From assembly GCA_951406725.2 (NCBI GenBank), contig OX597818.1:13268001-13332000 (forward strand): a stretch of 64,000 nucleotides of DNA, read 5' to 3'. Positions within the stretch are counted from its first letter, which is position 1; each line of letters starts with the position of its first letter. The position numbers and the translations under genes are program-made. Shown piece after piece: positions 40,835 to 54,586 of the stretch. The notes beneath the pieces were generated by a model that had not been told where the DNA came from, did no database searches, and saw only the letters and a list, made by a program, of their open reading frames with translations. Origin of the DNA: Octopus vulgaris (lineage: Eukaryota).

Positions 40835-42621
40835 ATATCAGAATAGCACAATTGCTAACGACATGCTTTTAACTATTTAACCGTTCACCCGCTTCCTTCT
40901 GTTCTCTGTAATATTTTCAGTGCATGAGGTGATTCAGCGTGGTTTTGCCTGCTAAACATGTTAGATGCGTAGTGCGTTTTTTTTTTGCTTTGTTCTAATT
41001 AAATATATATATATATATATATAAAGGGAAGAGAAACCGTTTTTCCTGTGACAAACACTCTCATATGTTGATTTATGTGTGACGACTCTTAACACTCTCA
41101 TATGTTGATTTAATCCAACGTAGATAGGAAAGATTTCGAAAATTTGCGTACAATAAAATTTTCAATTCTCACCAATTTAGACTCACACAATTGTAGAATG
41201 GCAATGCGATTTCCAGAAAGATATATTCTTATACATTATATTTATACTATTAGATTTGACTCATTATTTCTCTCTAATGTCGTGTCTATGGTCTCATGGT
41301 TTAATATTACTATACAGATTTGGATATAATGAGAGAACACTGACACGTTACAATATAGATTTGGAAATGATTAAAGAACAACACGGACACATCACTGTCC
41401 CTCATAAATCCATGCACATGCGCGCACTCACTTAAATCCATTCGTCATTATTGTCAATACATATATACAAGTATGCTCGAATGTCTATGTTTGATCATGG
41501 TAATCGCTCTGGGAATAATAATTATTGGCTAGCATGATTAAGTTTTCAACTGAAATTGCCGTTTACCTTATTTATACTGGAAAGAAACCAGCATTTTCCA
41601 TTTTATTATTTCTGCAAACGATATGAATTTCTTAATCGCCTTATTCTCTGTCGCATGGCCTCTAATCTATGTAAGTACAATCATCGGGGTACGTCTACAT
41701 ATATTCATACTAAACGTTGTGTTAGAACCTGTAATACACCCCACCGTATCTCATATGTCCAAAACTGGGAAGGCAATATTGTAGAGTTTACTTTTCCTGT
41801 ATGATTCAATATTCAACTCAAAATTATCTACCTTAATGTGTATTTCTGAAGACTCCTGAAGAAATAATTTATATTGCGCTATTAGGTAAAGTTAGCAATC
41901 ATATTTTGTAAATAAGCAAATATCAATAAAACGCGGAGTATCATAAAACACACAAATATCATTTGTACTACAATATACTTACATCGACTGATTTATTTTC
42001 TCATTAAGAGGACTATGTGTCGAGACAAGCTTAAATTTTACATCGTTAAGAATCCCAAGTAAAGGGAAGTATGTAGTGTTTTCTTACCACTTCTATTAAC
42101 ACTTCAAAATCTACATCACTAGAGATGTTCAAGATCAACATATTTCCGGGCTGCGTCATAATTCTATTTTTAACAGAAGTAAGCATGAGTTTGAGAACTG
42201 ATGAATTCAGTGTGGGGTGTGCTATAAGGAATTTAGTAAGTATATCTTATTCCACTGAGTTCCATACAAAGATTGACGTGCATAGCATTTTGTTTTCGAA
42301 TTGCTGATTGTGGAAAGTGCTATAGCTATCAATAACATAATGTAACATATATGGTCGCTGACACTATAAAATGCATTAGGAAATGGCACTAACCACGACT
42401 TACAAAAGATCGATAAGTTTTACAATCAGTAATGGACATTAGAATTGCTCCCAATAGAAAGAGAAATACAAATAAGAATATATGAAAATAGCAAAAAATC
42501 AAACAAAAATTAATAAATATGATTAAAAAAGAAGCAGAACAACATTTAGTTTAGCATAAAATGTTTGAAAACCATACTTATATACAGATACATACTTATC
42601 CGTACACAAATACATTTGTGT

Positions 42622-42689
<68 letters not shown>

Positions 42690-42697
<8 letters not shown>

Positions 42698-44165
42698 TGC
42701 CCCTTCGTTATCGAGTATGGCCATTGAACGAAGCTTAACTGTTTTTGATGGTGTGACCGAATGTGACTTTTTAGCCCAGCTAAAAATCTACAATGTCTTG
42801 TACAAAATTGGCAGCTAAAACTTTTACCGGCAGTAGCTGGCTGTAATTGTAACTGGGCTTCATGTACCATTGCATGTCGTTTAAGACCTCCTGCCGAATT
42901 ACACTCTCTTCCACATGCCTGACAGATATGATTATTATGGTATGTAACACCACTATTAGTGGCCAGGTCATCACTCATCTGTCTCGATTTGTGACCACGA
43001 AGATGACACTTGAGTCCAGTTTACTGAGGCAGGGTCTCGCACAGACACTGCATGTCAGCGTCATAGGAAGACCCTTCCCATTTGGAAGTGCAACAGCGAT
43101 GCCCTTCCTGACATCCCTCCTTACTTTCTCATGGGCAACTCGAGATTTCTCAAAAGTAGCTGTCCCCTCGTGCACAATCCTTCTCCACCTGCCCTCGCAT
43201 GTGTCAGGTGAGATGCAAGCATCTCTTAAGGAAGCCTTCAGCAAGTCCTTATACCTCTTTTTTGGTTTATGGTTGGGTCGTTCTCCTTTAGCTAACTCTC
43301 CATAAAAGAGTTGTTTTAGCATCCTTGAATCCTTCACCCAGACCAGATGACCACTCCATCTGAGCTTTTGCTTTAACACAAGAGCTTCTGTACTTTCGCA
43401 CCGAGAGCCTTCCAATATTTCAAGATCACTGATGCGGTCCTCCCACTTAATGCCGTAGATCCGTCTGAGACACATCTGATGGAAACATTCCGGTTGTTTA
43501 AGGTGGTACCGATATGTGACCCACGTCTCACAGGCATAGAGAAGAGAAGGGAGCACACATGCTTTGTACACGTTTGTCTTTGTCCTTCTTTATATGTCTC
43601 GCCGACTCCAGAGGCGCCTTTCTAGCCTTCCGAAAGCATCACTTGCTTTCCTAATTCTGTATGGAATTTCATTATCCAAATTGCTATATCTATTAACAGT
43701 GCTTCCCAGGTAGACAAACTGATCAATAATATCAAGTCGTTTACCATACACATAGATATTTGGTACACTATACAGCTTACCAGGGCAGGTTGGTACATGA
43801 CAACAGTTTCCTTGAGAGTGACTGTCAATCCTAAGGCAGTGCAAGCATCAGAGAATGCATTCAAAATGTGTTGTATATCAATCTCTGTGTGCGCTACTAG
43901 ATCACAATCATCTGCATACAAAAGGTCTCTTATGATAGAAGCCCCTGATATTAGATATGCTGCCAGTGGTTCGATAATGGATGTAAACACCACGTCTGCA
44001 GTTTCTGAATGCAATACAGAAAACCATCGCAAAATATATGGCATTTAGGGTCGGTGCCAGAATATTCCCCTATTTCACTCCATTTTGTATTGAAATAGAC
44101 TCCGACATTTTTCCTCTAATATTAACCCTACTCTTCATGTCTTCATGAAAAGACCTAACCAAAGC
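42690..44165 (-). mobile_element. 5'-truncated RTE-BovB-like LINE with C-terminal C2H2 fingers; pseudogene
   Basis: IRDLLYADDC, FVYLGS, YKACVLPSLLYACETW, LRWSGHLV..KQLFYGEL, then CSVC.., CQAC..LKRHAMVH and CQFC..LKSHIRSH; ends at (TA)n. Confidence 0.92.
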
Positions 44166-44918
44166 AAGATGTATATGCATATATAAATACGTATATGTAC
44201 ATACTTATATCTACTTGTATATATATATATATATGCATATGTCGGCATAGGACATCATGAAACGTGAAAACAAAATAATACGAAGTACGAGTACATGAAA
44301 TATGAACTATTTTATCGAACAACGAAAAACACAAATGGAAAACAAGACAAACAAAATAAAGAACGATCCATCATTAGTTGTTGGCTGCTTTTCTACTCTC
44401 GCATTTCGAGCATTTAACAACAATATACGCTCTCAATAAAACAGTTGCTCCTGCAAAATAAATTATATGATATTTGGGATTTTGCAGAGGGTCAGAATTA
44501 GTAACACAAACAGGATAGTGAAAACAAACAGGGAGAGCTGTTAAGACTACACTAGGTTTGGTTTTGGTTGTGAACGCGCAAGTCAAACTTGGACAGGAGA
44601 CAGACACGAACACGCCCCCTTGTTCAAGCTACAACGGAGAGAAAGATCGAAACACAGGTTAGTAGGAAAGTGAAAGATGGCCAATGGACACCTGGGAGCC
44701 ATGTGAGCAAGGGAGGAGGATTGAGGGAACAGAGTGATAGAGTAATAGGATAGAATAGTGGGAGAAGAGGAGGTAAAAGATTAAGAGAGGGAAAGAGACA
44801 CCAACAAAAGAGTAAAAAGATCGTATAGTGTGCGCATCAGAATTATTACGATTCAGTCATATAATAATATAAATACATACATTCATATATATATACATAT
44901 GTGTGTGTCTGTGTGTAC

Positions 44919-45003
<85 letters not shown>

Positions 45004-45465
45004 TTCTTTTCAAGAATATCCGTAGGAACGCAATCTCATTCATAATATGAATGTAGTAGGAAAATAAATTTCGCATTAAAAATTTCGTGTTACGGCCATA
45101 TTTTCAGAAACGCATTACATCAAATATAATATGCAAGCTCCTAAGAGGTTTCCTTACATACTGAAATTAGACGCCAAATCGTTTAACCACGAAAAATGCA
45201 TTTTTAAGCATGCTGGCCACTGGTATAAATTGATATTTTGAAATAATAATTTGTTTATATATATAAGGAAATTATTTTATTCTCAAACGCGATGGATAGT
45301 TTATCATGTTCATGCTATATTATTAACATCATCCTGCGTTCGAGCATAACATTATTTCAATACATCGCAACGCATCTAAAGCAAACTTTGTTGACTTTCA
45401 ATGTAGGTTGAATTTAACATATATATACATACATATTTGTGTGTGTGTGTGTATGTGTGTGTGTA

Positions 45466-45834
45466 AGGCGGTAATGGTCCAGTGGTTAGAGCAGTCGATT
45501 CGCGGTCGTAGGATAGCGGTTTCGATTCGCATACTGGGCGTTGTGAGTTTTTATTCAGCGAAAACACCTAAACCTCCACGAGCGGCTGATGGCAAGCCCT
45601 ACTATACAATTTCACCACAACTTTCTCTCACTCTTTCTTCCTGTTACTGTTGTACCCTTATTTCAAAGGGCCAGCCTTGTCACTCTCTGTATCACGCTGA
45701 ATCTCCCTGAGAACTACCTTAAAGGTACAGTTATATGTGGAATGCTCAGCCACTTGCACGTTAATTTCACGAGCAGGCTGTTCCGTTCATCGCATTAACT
45801 GGAACCCTCGTCGTCGTAACCGACGGAGTGCCAC
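45466..45834 (+). mobile_element. tRNA-derived SINE family S3, full length
   Basis: A box TGGTCCAGTGG, B box GTTTCGATTCG, 3' part shared with 13335-13545. Confidence 0.82.
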
Positions 45835-45860
45835 GATATATATGTATATATATATACGTG

Positions 45861-45911
<51 letters not shown>

Positions 45912-46757
45912 GTTACATTAAATTAGATTAAAAACTTGTATGTATTGCTAACAAGACAGAAAGCTAGCAAAAATATCTGTAGTGAAAACAAATAAAGTAC
46001 TAGGAAAATAAATTTAAAAGACAGCGAATAGATAAAGCGAGATCCAATGAAGTTTCTATTCCCCATCATCGGCTAATGTTTTGACTTAGAAAACAACTAA
46101 ATATCTCCAAAACTAAGTTTCCAGAAAATCGAGTGAATTGTGACTCGAATAATGGCTGCTTGAAAAATTGTATTTAAGCAAATAAACAAATCTCCATGTT
46201 TTTCCACATCTTCGTTTTCACGGTTCTACAATTGTTACGCTCTTAATTTTTGTTTAAGATCCAACAGGAAGACGCACAATCTGTAATAAAAATCGCTCGG
46301 AGAAATGTTTTTTCCCACTACGTCAATATATATGAATATGCATCAACATATATGTATGTGCAGGTGTGTGCAAGTGTGTGCAAGTATGTATATGTTCATA
46401 TGTTCATTCGCATATATATTCATGAATATAAACATAATATAATTTATGTGTGTATCTTTCTTTAAATACTTACCATTCTCTCTCTCTCTCTCTCTTTGTA
46501 TTCATACATATATTTTATAACATTTATAGGACTTTTCAAACATGATTTCAGTTTTTTTTTTATCTTACGACAGCTGAGAAAGTGCAGCGGCACTTGCTCA
46601 GCTGTCGTAAGGCTTGTGACACCACAAAAATACTCTGAACTGCAAGCAGGAAGGAAACATCCTCTCGCAGCATTAGCTCTTACAAGGGAAACAACTTTGT
46701 CTTGAGTGTTACAACCTGTCGAACATCCGCTCTAATGGACTCGGCTTGGCAATGTAT

Positions 46758-47870
46758 ATAGAGGAATGCCTCGGTTTACGGAAGTAATGCGTTTCTAAAA
46801 ATATGGCCATAACACGAAGATTTGTAATGTGAAATATATTTTTTAACTGCATTCATAATAAAAACTGAGATTGCGTTCCTACGGAATTTCTTGAGAAGAA
46901 AGAGAAAGGAAGAAAATAAAGAAACACAGAGAAACACAAGAAAAAAACAGAACAATCAACGCAGTCAGCTTTGTACACAAAAGTAACAATATAGATACAT
47001 AAAAATACGTTTCAAGAGGAATACGTTTAAAGAAAACCGTCATATCGCGAAGTACGTCCTTACAACAAATGATGTTGCCTACTGTGCAAGGGATGGTGGT
47101 GAATGAGTGTTATTAAGAAGATAAGGTTCAATATTTACTATCATTCTCCATTATCACAAACGTCAGCTTGAGGGGTGAAAAATTTATCCAAAGTTGTTTG
47201 TTGCTTATAACACAACACAGTATAAGAACTGAGGTCATTGCAATGTCCTCTTGCAATTTTTATTACTTTCACATTTAGGATCATTATCAGCAAAAATCTT
47301 TCAGACATTTCTCTCTATATGCCAACACTTTGGCAATAATTATTGTAAGGGGGATTTTCGTAGTCTTATCTGTACTCTCAGCGTTTTTTTCTTTGCAGTT
47401 CCTTTGAACACAATCTCATCAAAATCTATGACCTTTTCATATCCTACATTTTTTTTCAAGTGTCAAAATATATTTCCGAATTTGATATAGACTTTCCGTT
47501 TGAGTACTTGTAATGTCAGGCATACAATCTGGTCATATACTTTTCCAAGCTCTGTCTAAAGTTGGAGGTTTCACTTTATCACATGACTTGGTTATATTAT
47601 CCACAAAATCATATATATTGAATTTCTTTCAGAATTCTCTGAATGTAGGTTTATCCACCGTATCAATTTCTTTCACAAGTTTCTTAAAAATTCTCATATA
47701 ATACGTCTTGAAGCTAGACGTTGCACATTAAACCATTGGCTGCAGCAAAGAAGTGGTATTCTTGGGGATATATTCTATTGTAACATTATCTATGTTCCCT
47801 GGGTAGACCGATGCATTGTCTAAAACAGAGCTCACCAGATTTTATTGAGAATTCGCCATTTGCACTTCTG
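46758..47870 (-). mobile_element. pogo/Tigger DNA transposon 3' remnant
   Basis: Minus strand LDNASVYP..NVTIEYIPKNTTSLLQPM..FKTYYMR..TFREF*KKFNI..AWKSI*P (DDE_1 family), with a TIR-like CCTCGGTTTACG near 46768. An inverted ~120-bp copy of the subterminal region lies at 45004-45120. Confidence 0.8.
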
Positions 47871-47938
47871 ATTTAAGAACTAAATAAACACACACTCATG
47901 CTCAAACACTTCCACAAACACACACAAACACGGAGAAG

Positions 47939-47992
<54 letters not shown>

Positions 47993-48566
47993 AACACACA
48001 CAACTCCCATTCAGGAGCGACGGACATCGATATTTTGCCATTATGGTGTGCGTTGTCCCATCTATCTGTTACTTACATGTGTTTTAATACCTGCCATTGA
48101 GGGAGTCATCCTCACTGCACAAGCTGCAGCATAAATGCGAATAAGTAAAGCACATACATTGAGTATGCGCAGTTGATAAAGTTGACCAAACATAGGCTTT
48201 ACTTGGAATATTTCTTCCCTCTTTCCTTTTTTCCCTTTTTCTCTTTCTGACGAAGAGCCATGCTCGCAGCATTAAGGGCACACTCTTTCTACCATCTTTA
48301 ACTCTGCGGAATAGTAATGCATTCACTATTTAAGCCCTATTTGATTAAAATAGCCATCAATGTATCATACGTAAAGTGTACTGAGCCTGCAAAATCTCCC
48401 AGACCTACAGTTATTGGCAATATCAGTGAAGTACTTCATTTTTCTATATAAGGGGCAACGAAATCTCATCCGACCATGTGACTCTGTGAAAGTACATGGC
48501 ATTTAAAAGGCTGACTGAGACAAAAGTACATCTGAAGTATACGTTATATATGGTTAATTACATTGC

Positions 48567-48602
<36 letters not shown>

Positions 48603-48671
48603 ATAATAATAATATTAGCGAGTAAATCCAAATTTATCTCTAATCTAATTTATATATATATATACACAAGA

Positions 48672-49305
48672 TGATAACGATGGCTGTCCACTCGTGAGAG
48701 AGGAAGGCTATTGTTCAGGATTGCCCAAGCAAAATGGCAGGAATGCCTGTGCGTTGAACCAGGGGGTTCGCACTCGCAGCTTGCATGCTTACTGTGATGC
48801 CCTCCTCCTCAACCTGGCATCACATAGTTGTTTTTTCGACTGTTGCATAACCTAAAATTTTAGGACCCATAAGGCTTCTCCACCACCTCAGATACCCTTT
48901 CCACCCTACTGGCATGGTCCAGAGATACAAGCTTGGGCAAGATATCCAGCGTGAATGTGAGTCGTAGACTCAGAAATGAAGGATCTCAAGCGCAATCTAA
49001 AGAGTCCCTAAATGTACAATGCTGTTCCCAGCTTATCTAGTTTCATATCAATGTGACGTTCTCCAAGATACATGGTTTAAAAAAACGGAAGACCTGTCTC
49101 ACTCCAATTGGAGTTTCAACACTCAAATTCTGAGGGCCTGGGATATTGCTAAATAGTCGTTGAACCTACGCTACATTTATCCGTACTTTTGACATATTAG
49201 GCCTACTGAGTTTCCAGTAGCCCTCCTCACCAGGCAAGCCTAGTGATGGCTCCCGGTTTAGTTGCGGACGACGCAACCATGAAGGAGGTTGTACAGGATT
49301 CCATG
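48672..49305 (-). mobile_element. Non-autonomous RTE-derived element (putative)
   Basis: Its end GATGGCTGTCCACTCG..GAGGAAGGC resembles the BovB-like 3' end GATGGCTGCCCCTTCG..GAGTATGGC at 42692. No RT ORF is present. Confidence 0.4.
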
Positions 49306-49479
49306 ATATCAATAGCACTCATGGTAGACCTCACAAGTTACCTGATATACATATACGTACACACACACACGCGCATACACACACATATACATAAACACAA
49401 ACACGCACACATATTCAAGACGTAAGTATTGATGCATTACATATTGCGATCTTAAACACAAAGATTTTGTAAGAGGCAG

Positions 49480-52400
49480 CACATGTTGCATCTAGTTAAG
49501 AACAAGTTATTTAAGCATAGGTAGTTTAGAACAGCATCTATATATGTGGAAAAGTTTTAAAAAGTGGTAGTAGTAGACAACTAGTATAAATAGTAGCTGA
49601 TCAACAGAGAGGAAGGTCGAAGGTAAGAAGTTTGAGAGTATGTGTAGACTGTGTTAATAATCGTATCTGTGCTGATATAGTAATTATACTGTGAGAGTGA
49701 GTGGACGTTATAACGACCCGACCGTTTAATGATAATAGCAGTGTACGACTGGGGGTCGTTCAGTACTAGATAGAAACATTCTATCGACGACTTCGGAATA
49801 TAACAATATCGGTCAGAGCGACAACGGTCGTCAAAACAGTTACAGCAGTGGCAAAGACCGCCTTACTATGGGAAAATAAACAATGAAATAGTTTAATCAG
49901 AAGTTAGAAAAATCATGAAGATTATTAAGTTAATAACATAGAAGTATATGAGTAGGTTTAAAGAGCTGCTAAAGTCATCGTTTATTCAGGAGTTTACGAA
50001 CCTTGGAGATTTTATAGATTATTTAAGATTTATGCCAGCCAAATTAATCTAGCTGCACTATGATTTTGTTTCATATTGAAAAGTACTCATCAAATAATCG
50101 GTATTTCTTAAACATCACTTATATGGAACTCATGAAATAATATAATTTGTGGTAAGGTGTTTTAGCTGGATTTTTTTTCTGTGACACATAATTAGCATCA
50201 TTTTATCTAGTTACTTTATCAAGTATATCTTTCGAAGATCTTACATCCGATATTAAAGCCAACGTATCTTTTTCCCAAATTACAGATGAATCTCATATTT
50301 CTTTATATAAATACATGTGCGTGACTGTGTATAGATATGCATAAAGATATAAGAGTTTGTGGTTTGTGTATGTGTGCATGTGTGTATGTCTGTGGGTATT
50401 TGTGTGTGTATGTCTGTGTGTTTCTCTGTGTTTGTGCGTGTGTGTGTACGTTTGAAGAAAGTGCCTAATTGTAGTAGCGATATTAAATTCCCTTCCACTA
50501 CTTGTATTTTATGGTTAAATACAATATTTTAAGAAATGTGCTAATTTGCAACTGGGTGCACATAAATTCTATTTCATATAGTTATCTGACTGAACTTATA
50601 TTGATGCATGTAAGGAGTTGCTTCACGTGAAATATAATTTTTTCATTTCGGTACTACAGTTATTTAGTTCACAGAATAGATTCTTTTTTTAGGGGTGTTT
50701 GAATTACCTTTTGACTTCCGAAATATCTTTATATCGTACGATTCCTACATATAGGTAATGAGGAACCGTTTTATCAATAATTGATAATATAACATTTTAC
50801 AAATTTACAGACTATTCGACAGGAGAGAGCCAATCATTCTTCATGACAATGCACAACCACAAGTTTCCTTAATGACGCTCCAGAAAATGAGGGAACTTGG
50901 CTACGAAGTTCTTTCCCAACCAGCCTATTCCCCGGACCTTTCTCCTACCGACCACCACTTTTTCAAGTACCTTGAAGATGTCCTGTGATGGAAGAAGTTC
51001 AAAAATCAAACCTATGCCGAAAGCGCGTTCAAAGAGTTCATCAGGTACAGAACTCCAGATTTTTATGTTACCGGAATAAACATCTTCTAACTCGGCGAAA
51101 ATGTGTCGATTGTATTGGTACTTACTTTCATGTATAAAATGTCCACATTTTAAAAATATATCGTGTTGAATTTCATGTTCCAAAGCGTTGCTTACTTTTT
51201 CATTCAGACTGATACATCCATAAATATGTATGTGTGTGTTTGTGTGAGTGTGTGTGTGTTACATTCCTATCTCTCTTTCGCTTCTTCAGTATACGCACAT
51301 ACATTTATATATGTACACGCACATACAGATAATATACATAGATATGTGTGTGTGTGCGCGTGCGTGCGTACTTGGACGATTTAATCCATAAATCTGCTTT
51401 AGCTTCAATGAAATGTCTAAACTTCTTCCGTAGCATTGTGTTTAGGTAAATGATTGCCTACATATTGCAAAATCTTTTCATTCCTAATGGAATAGTCCAA
51501 ATGGTGGAAGTCAAATTAACAATTTATAAATAGTTGCGAAAAGTATGCGTACAGAAGTATGTAGAACTTATTGAATCTTAAATATGATCGTCACTTGACA
51601 GGATGTCTGCATACTATTTATGGAAAGAGAAGTATTGAGTCATTTGACATGAACAAATTGTATGATGGAAAATTATGAAGGTGATATTTCTAGTCCAGTA
51701 GAATTTACGGATTTGTGAAAACTACATAAAAAATTTTGAAAGTTGTAAGATTATCTTCCGTTGTTAAAGAATTGAAATTTTGTTGATAATGGAAAATTTG
51801 AAACTAAATACGTTTGACAGTAACATAACAGAAGCTAAGTGAAAGGGTACATATAAATATGAAGGAATAAATTTGTGACACCAAATCAATAATAGTTTAA
51901 ATTAATAAAGTGCTGTAAGTATTTAAAAGGAACACATATATGCATCAATAAAAAGTTGCAAAGGAAATTAATTGATTATGAATGTATTTTAATGTAGAAA
52001 AAACATTAAGTTAAGGTAAGTTAAAAGAAAAGAGACGGTACAGTAGTTATGTACCCGTATACTGAAAATCTAAAACCTATTATAATAATCCGTACTAAAG
52101 CTGTAAATATAGGAATTTTTGATTAAACGAATCAGAACCTGAATTTCAAAACTATCAGGGATAAGTCATCGGCGCCCGGAAAAGTGGAGTGTAGTTGAAT
52201 TAAAGACTGTTCGAAGTAGGACAAATGATGAAGGTATAATAATGAACGATGTTTAATAAATGTGAATGAATATGTAAACTGTGAAATATTAAGATAGCTC
52301 AAACTAAGTTGATATATTGAATAGGTAACAAAATAAAATTAAATGCCATAACTTGTATTAATGCGAGATGAAACACTTAATTTAGGGAAATTTTAGATTA

Positions 52401-53450
52401 CAGTAAAGAATGTATTTAATTGTGAAAAAACCGAGCTTAAGTAATACTTAATGAAATTTAACGTGTTGAAATCTATAAACACTTCAGGAGATATATATTT
52501 AGCTCAACAAAATCGGATAATTATAATACTATCGTGCACGAGTGTACAGTGTAAAATAGTTAATAGGGTTAGAAATAGTTAAACAATTAGTCGACTATAA
52601 GGAAGTAGTAAAATAACACCGTATAAGTTTATAAGGTAGAAAGCATATACTTGCTCTGTATTGAAATACATAGTCGGATAGTGTATATGTTGCATATAAA
52701 AGAAATGTAGACATAATAAGGAGGAAAGTTTGAATAAGGACGGGTTACAAATTGTTAAAAATTGTTACCAATCGTTAAAGGCAGTACCTAATTTTTAGTA
52801 CACTCAGTAAATTTAAATGTATGTATATATATGTGGAAATATATAACTAATTTGAGTTTAATTCGTCTAAATACTTTAGGTTTTTGTAGCATATATGAAC
52901 ATTTTGTAAATAGTTCCATGTGTTAATTATTATACATTTGTCAATAAATCATTTTTACAATATTTAGCTAAGTTTGGGCCTTTGGTAAAGAAAATTTGCC
53001 ATCTTCAGTTATATAAGATTTATAGTAGTTTCTTTCCACAAAGATATATTTTAAAGAAGCTTTTCCAGTATTACGACGACGTGCGAGAAAACATTTAATA
53101 TGTAGGCAAGTGAAAATGATCCAGATTACAATATTTACAAGCATTGTATCTACACTAACGAAATTTTAAAAAAATAAGCATGTATAACGTTGTCTGGTGT
53201 TAACGTATGATACAATATGTTAGACACTAAGTAATGCGATTTTGGTTTTTAGTTAAATAGTATATGTATTTACCAAATTAATTCCATATCCTAGCAACAG
53301 AGATTAGAACACAATGAGAATAAACAAAAATTCACCAACTAGACAAAATTTGAATCAATATAATTTTAAGCAAGGTAATGGATAAATGTAATTTTGCAAA
53401 CATTGACCAGTATTAGGTACTTTGGTAGGTGGAGAAACAACAAGCATATA
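49480..53450 (+). mobile_element. Possible heavily decayed Ty3/Gypsy LTR retrotransposon
   Basis: TATAAATAG at about 49585, PBS-like TGGGGGTCGTTC at 49750 (cf. tRNA-Pro PBS TGGGGGCTCGTCC), and faint RT/RNase H-like remnants at 52300-53320 (LGFCSIYEHFV, DPDY). No ORF survives. Confidence 0.3.
50790..51212 (+). mobile_element. Mariner transposase 3' fragment
   Basis: PIILHDNAQPQ..LGYEVLSQPAYSPDLSPTDHHFFKYL. Confidence 0.88.
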
Positions 53451-53561
53451 GATGGTTGCTAACATACACACACACACACACACACACATATATGGTTGAT
53501 GGATGGTTGTCAAATAAAAAGACACGTATCAGACACCAATCCATATAATAATCTACTTCTT

Positions 53562-54150
53562 CAAGGCGGTGACCTGACAGAAACGTTAGCACGCCGGGCG
53601 AAATGCGTAGCCGTATTTCGTCTGCTGTTACGTTCTGAGTTCAAATTCCGCCGAGGTCGACTTTGCCTTTCATCCTTTCGGGGTCGATAAATTAAGTACC
53701 AGTTACGCATTGGGGTCGATGTAATACACTTAATCCGTTTGTCTGTTCTTGTTTGTCCCCTCTGTGTTTCTCCCCTTGTGGGTAGTAAAGAAATAGGCAT
53801 TTCATCTGCCGTTACGTTCTGAGTTCAAATTCCGCCGAGGTCGACTTTGCCTTTCACCCTTTCGGGGTCGATAAATTAAGTACCAGTTACGCATTGGGGT
53901 CGATGTAATCGACTTAATCCGTTTGTCTGTTCTTGTTTCTCCCGTCTGTGTTTATTCTCTTGTGGGTAGTAAAGAAATAGATATTTCGTCTGCCGCTACG
54001 TTCTGAGTTCAAATTCCGCCGAGGTCCACTTTGCCTTTTATCCTTTCGGGGCCAATAAATTAAGTACCAGATCTGTACTGGGGTCCATCTAATGGACTCG
54101 CCCTCCCCCAAAATTTTCTGGCCTTGTGCCTAGAGTAGAAAAAAAAAGAA
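53562..54150 (+). mobile_element. tRNA-derived SINE family S2 with triplicated internal unit
   Basis: One A-box head, then B box GAGTTCAAATTCC plus central domain at 53637, 53821 and 54005 (184-bp period); A-rich tail. Confidence 0.9.
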
Positions 54151-54513
54151 TACGTGTTTCGTGGTTTAAAAGTTATCTGAAGGGAAAAGTAAAGAGAAGA
54201 GAGTGATGTTCTTAGTGGTGCAGTTAAAGGAAGGTAGATAGAGACAGAAATTTTTACTGGTTTGGATTTTGGCTATAGTCCATTGACTAATTTTCACACA
54301 CGCTAGGCCACTGTTAGGAAAAATTTCTAAAATTTTTTCTTACCCTGATAATAATTATTGATAATTTTTGGCAAATTTTCGAAGTAACGCCGGCATTATT
54401 TTATTTGCTGCCGACAAAAAACCCCCCCAATGCGATGGATTTGAATAATAATAATATATAAGCACGGGGCACATACAGGATTGCCTTGTATTTATATGTT
54501 TAATCTTGGCGTA

Positions 54514-54586
54514 CCTGTTGATGAAGAACACTGCCTAGCAAATTATTATTTTTTTGCTAATATAGAGTCAGAAACCATGGTCCAGG
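54514..54586 (+). ncRNA. Type-I hammerhead motif with C3U
   Basis: CCUG-UUGAUGA-(UAGCAAA/UUUGCUA hairpin)-GAAA-CCAUGG-UC-CAGG. Confidence 0.66.

Noticed and set aside
42198-42262. SECIS element
   Set aside because: The UGAN/NGAN quartet cannot be placed at the base of the helix and the apical AAR spacing does not fit.
45466-45540. Functional tRNA gene
   Set aside because: No proper cloverleaf or terminator, and it continues into a SINE body; the same applies to the other tRNA-like heads.
53562-54150. CRISPR-like array
   Set aside because: The spacers are identical parts of a 184-bp SINE unit; eukaryotic context with no cas genes.
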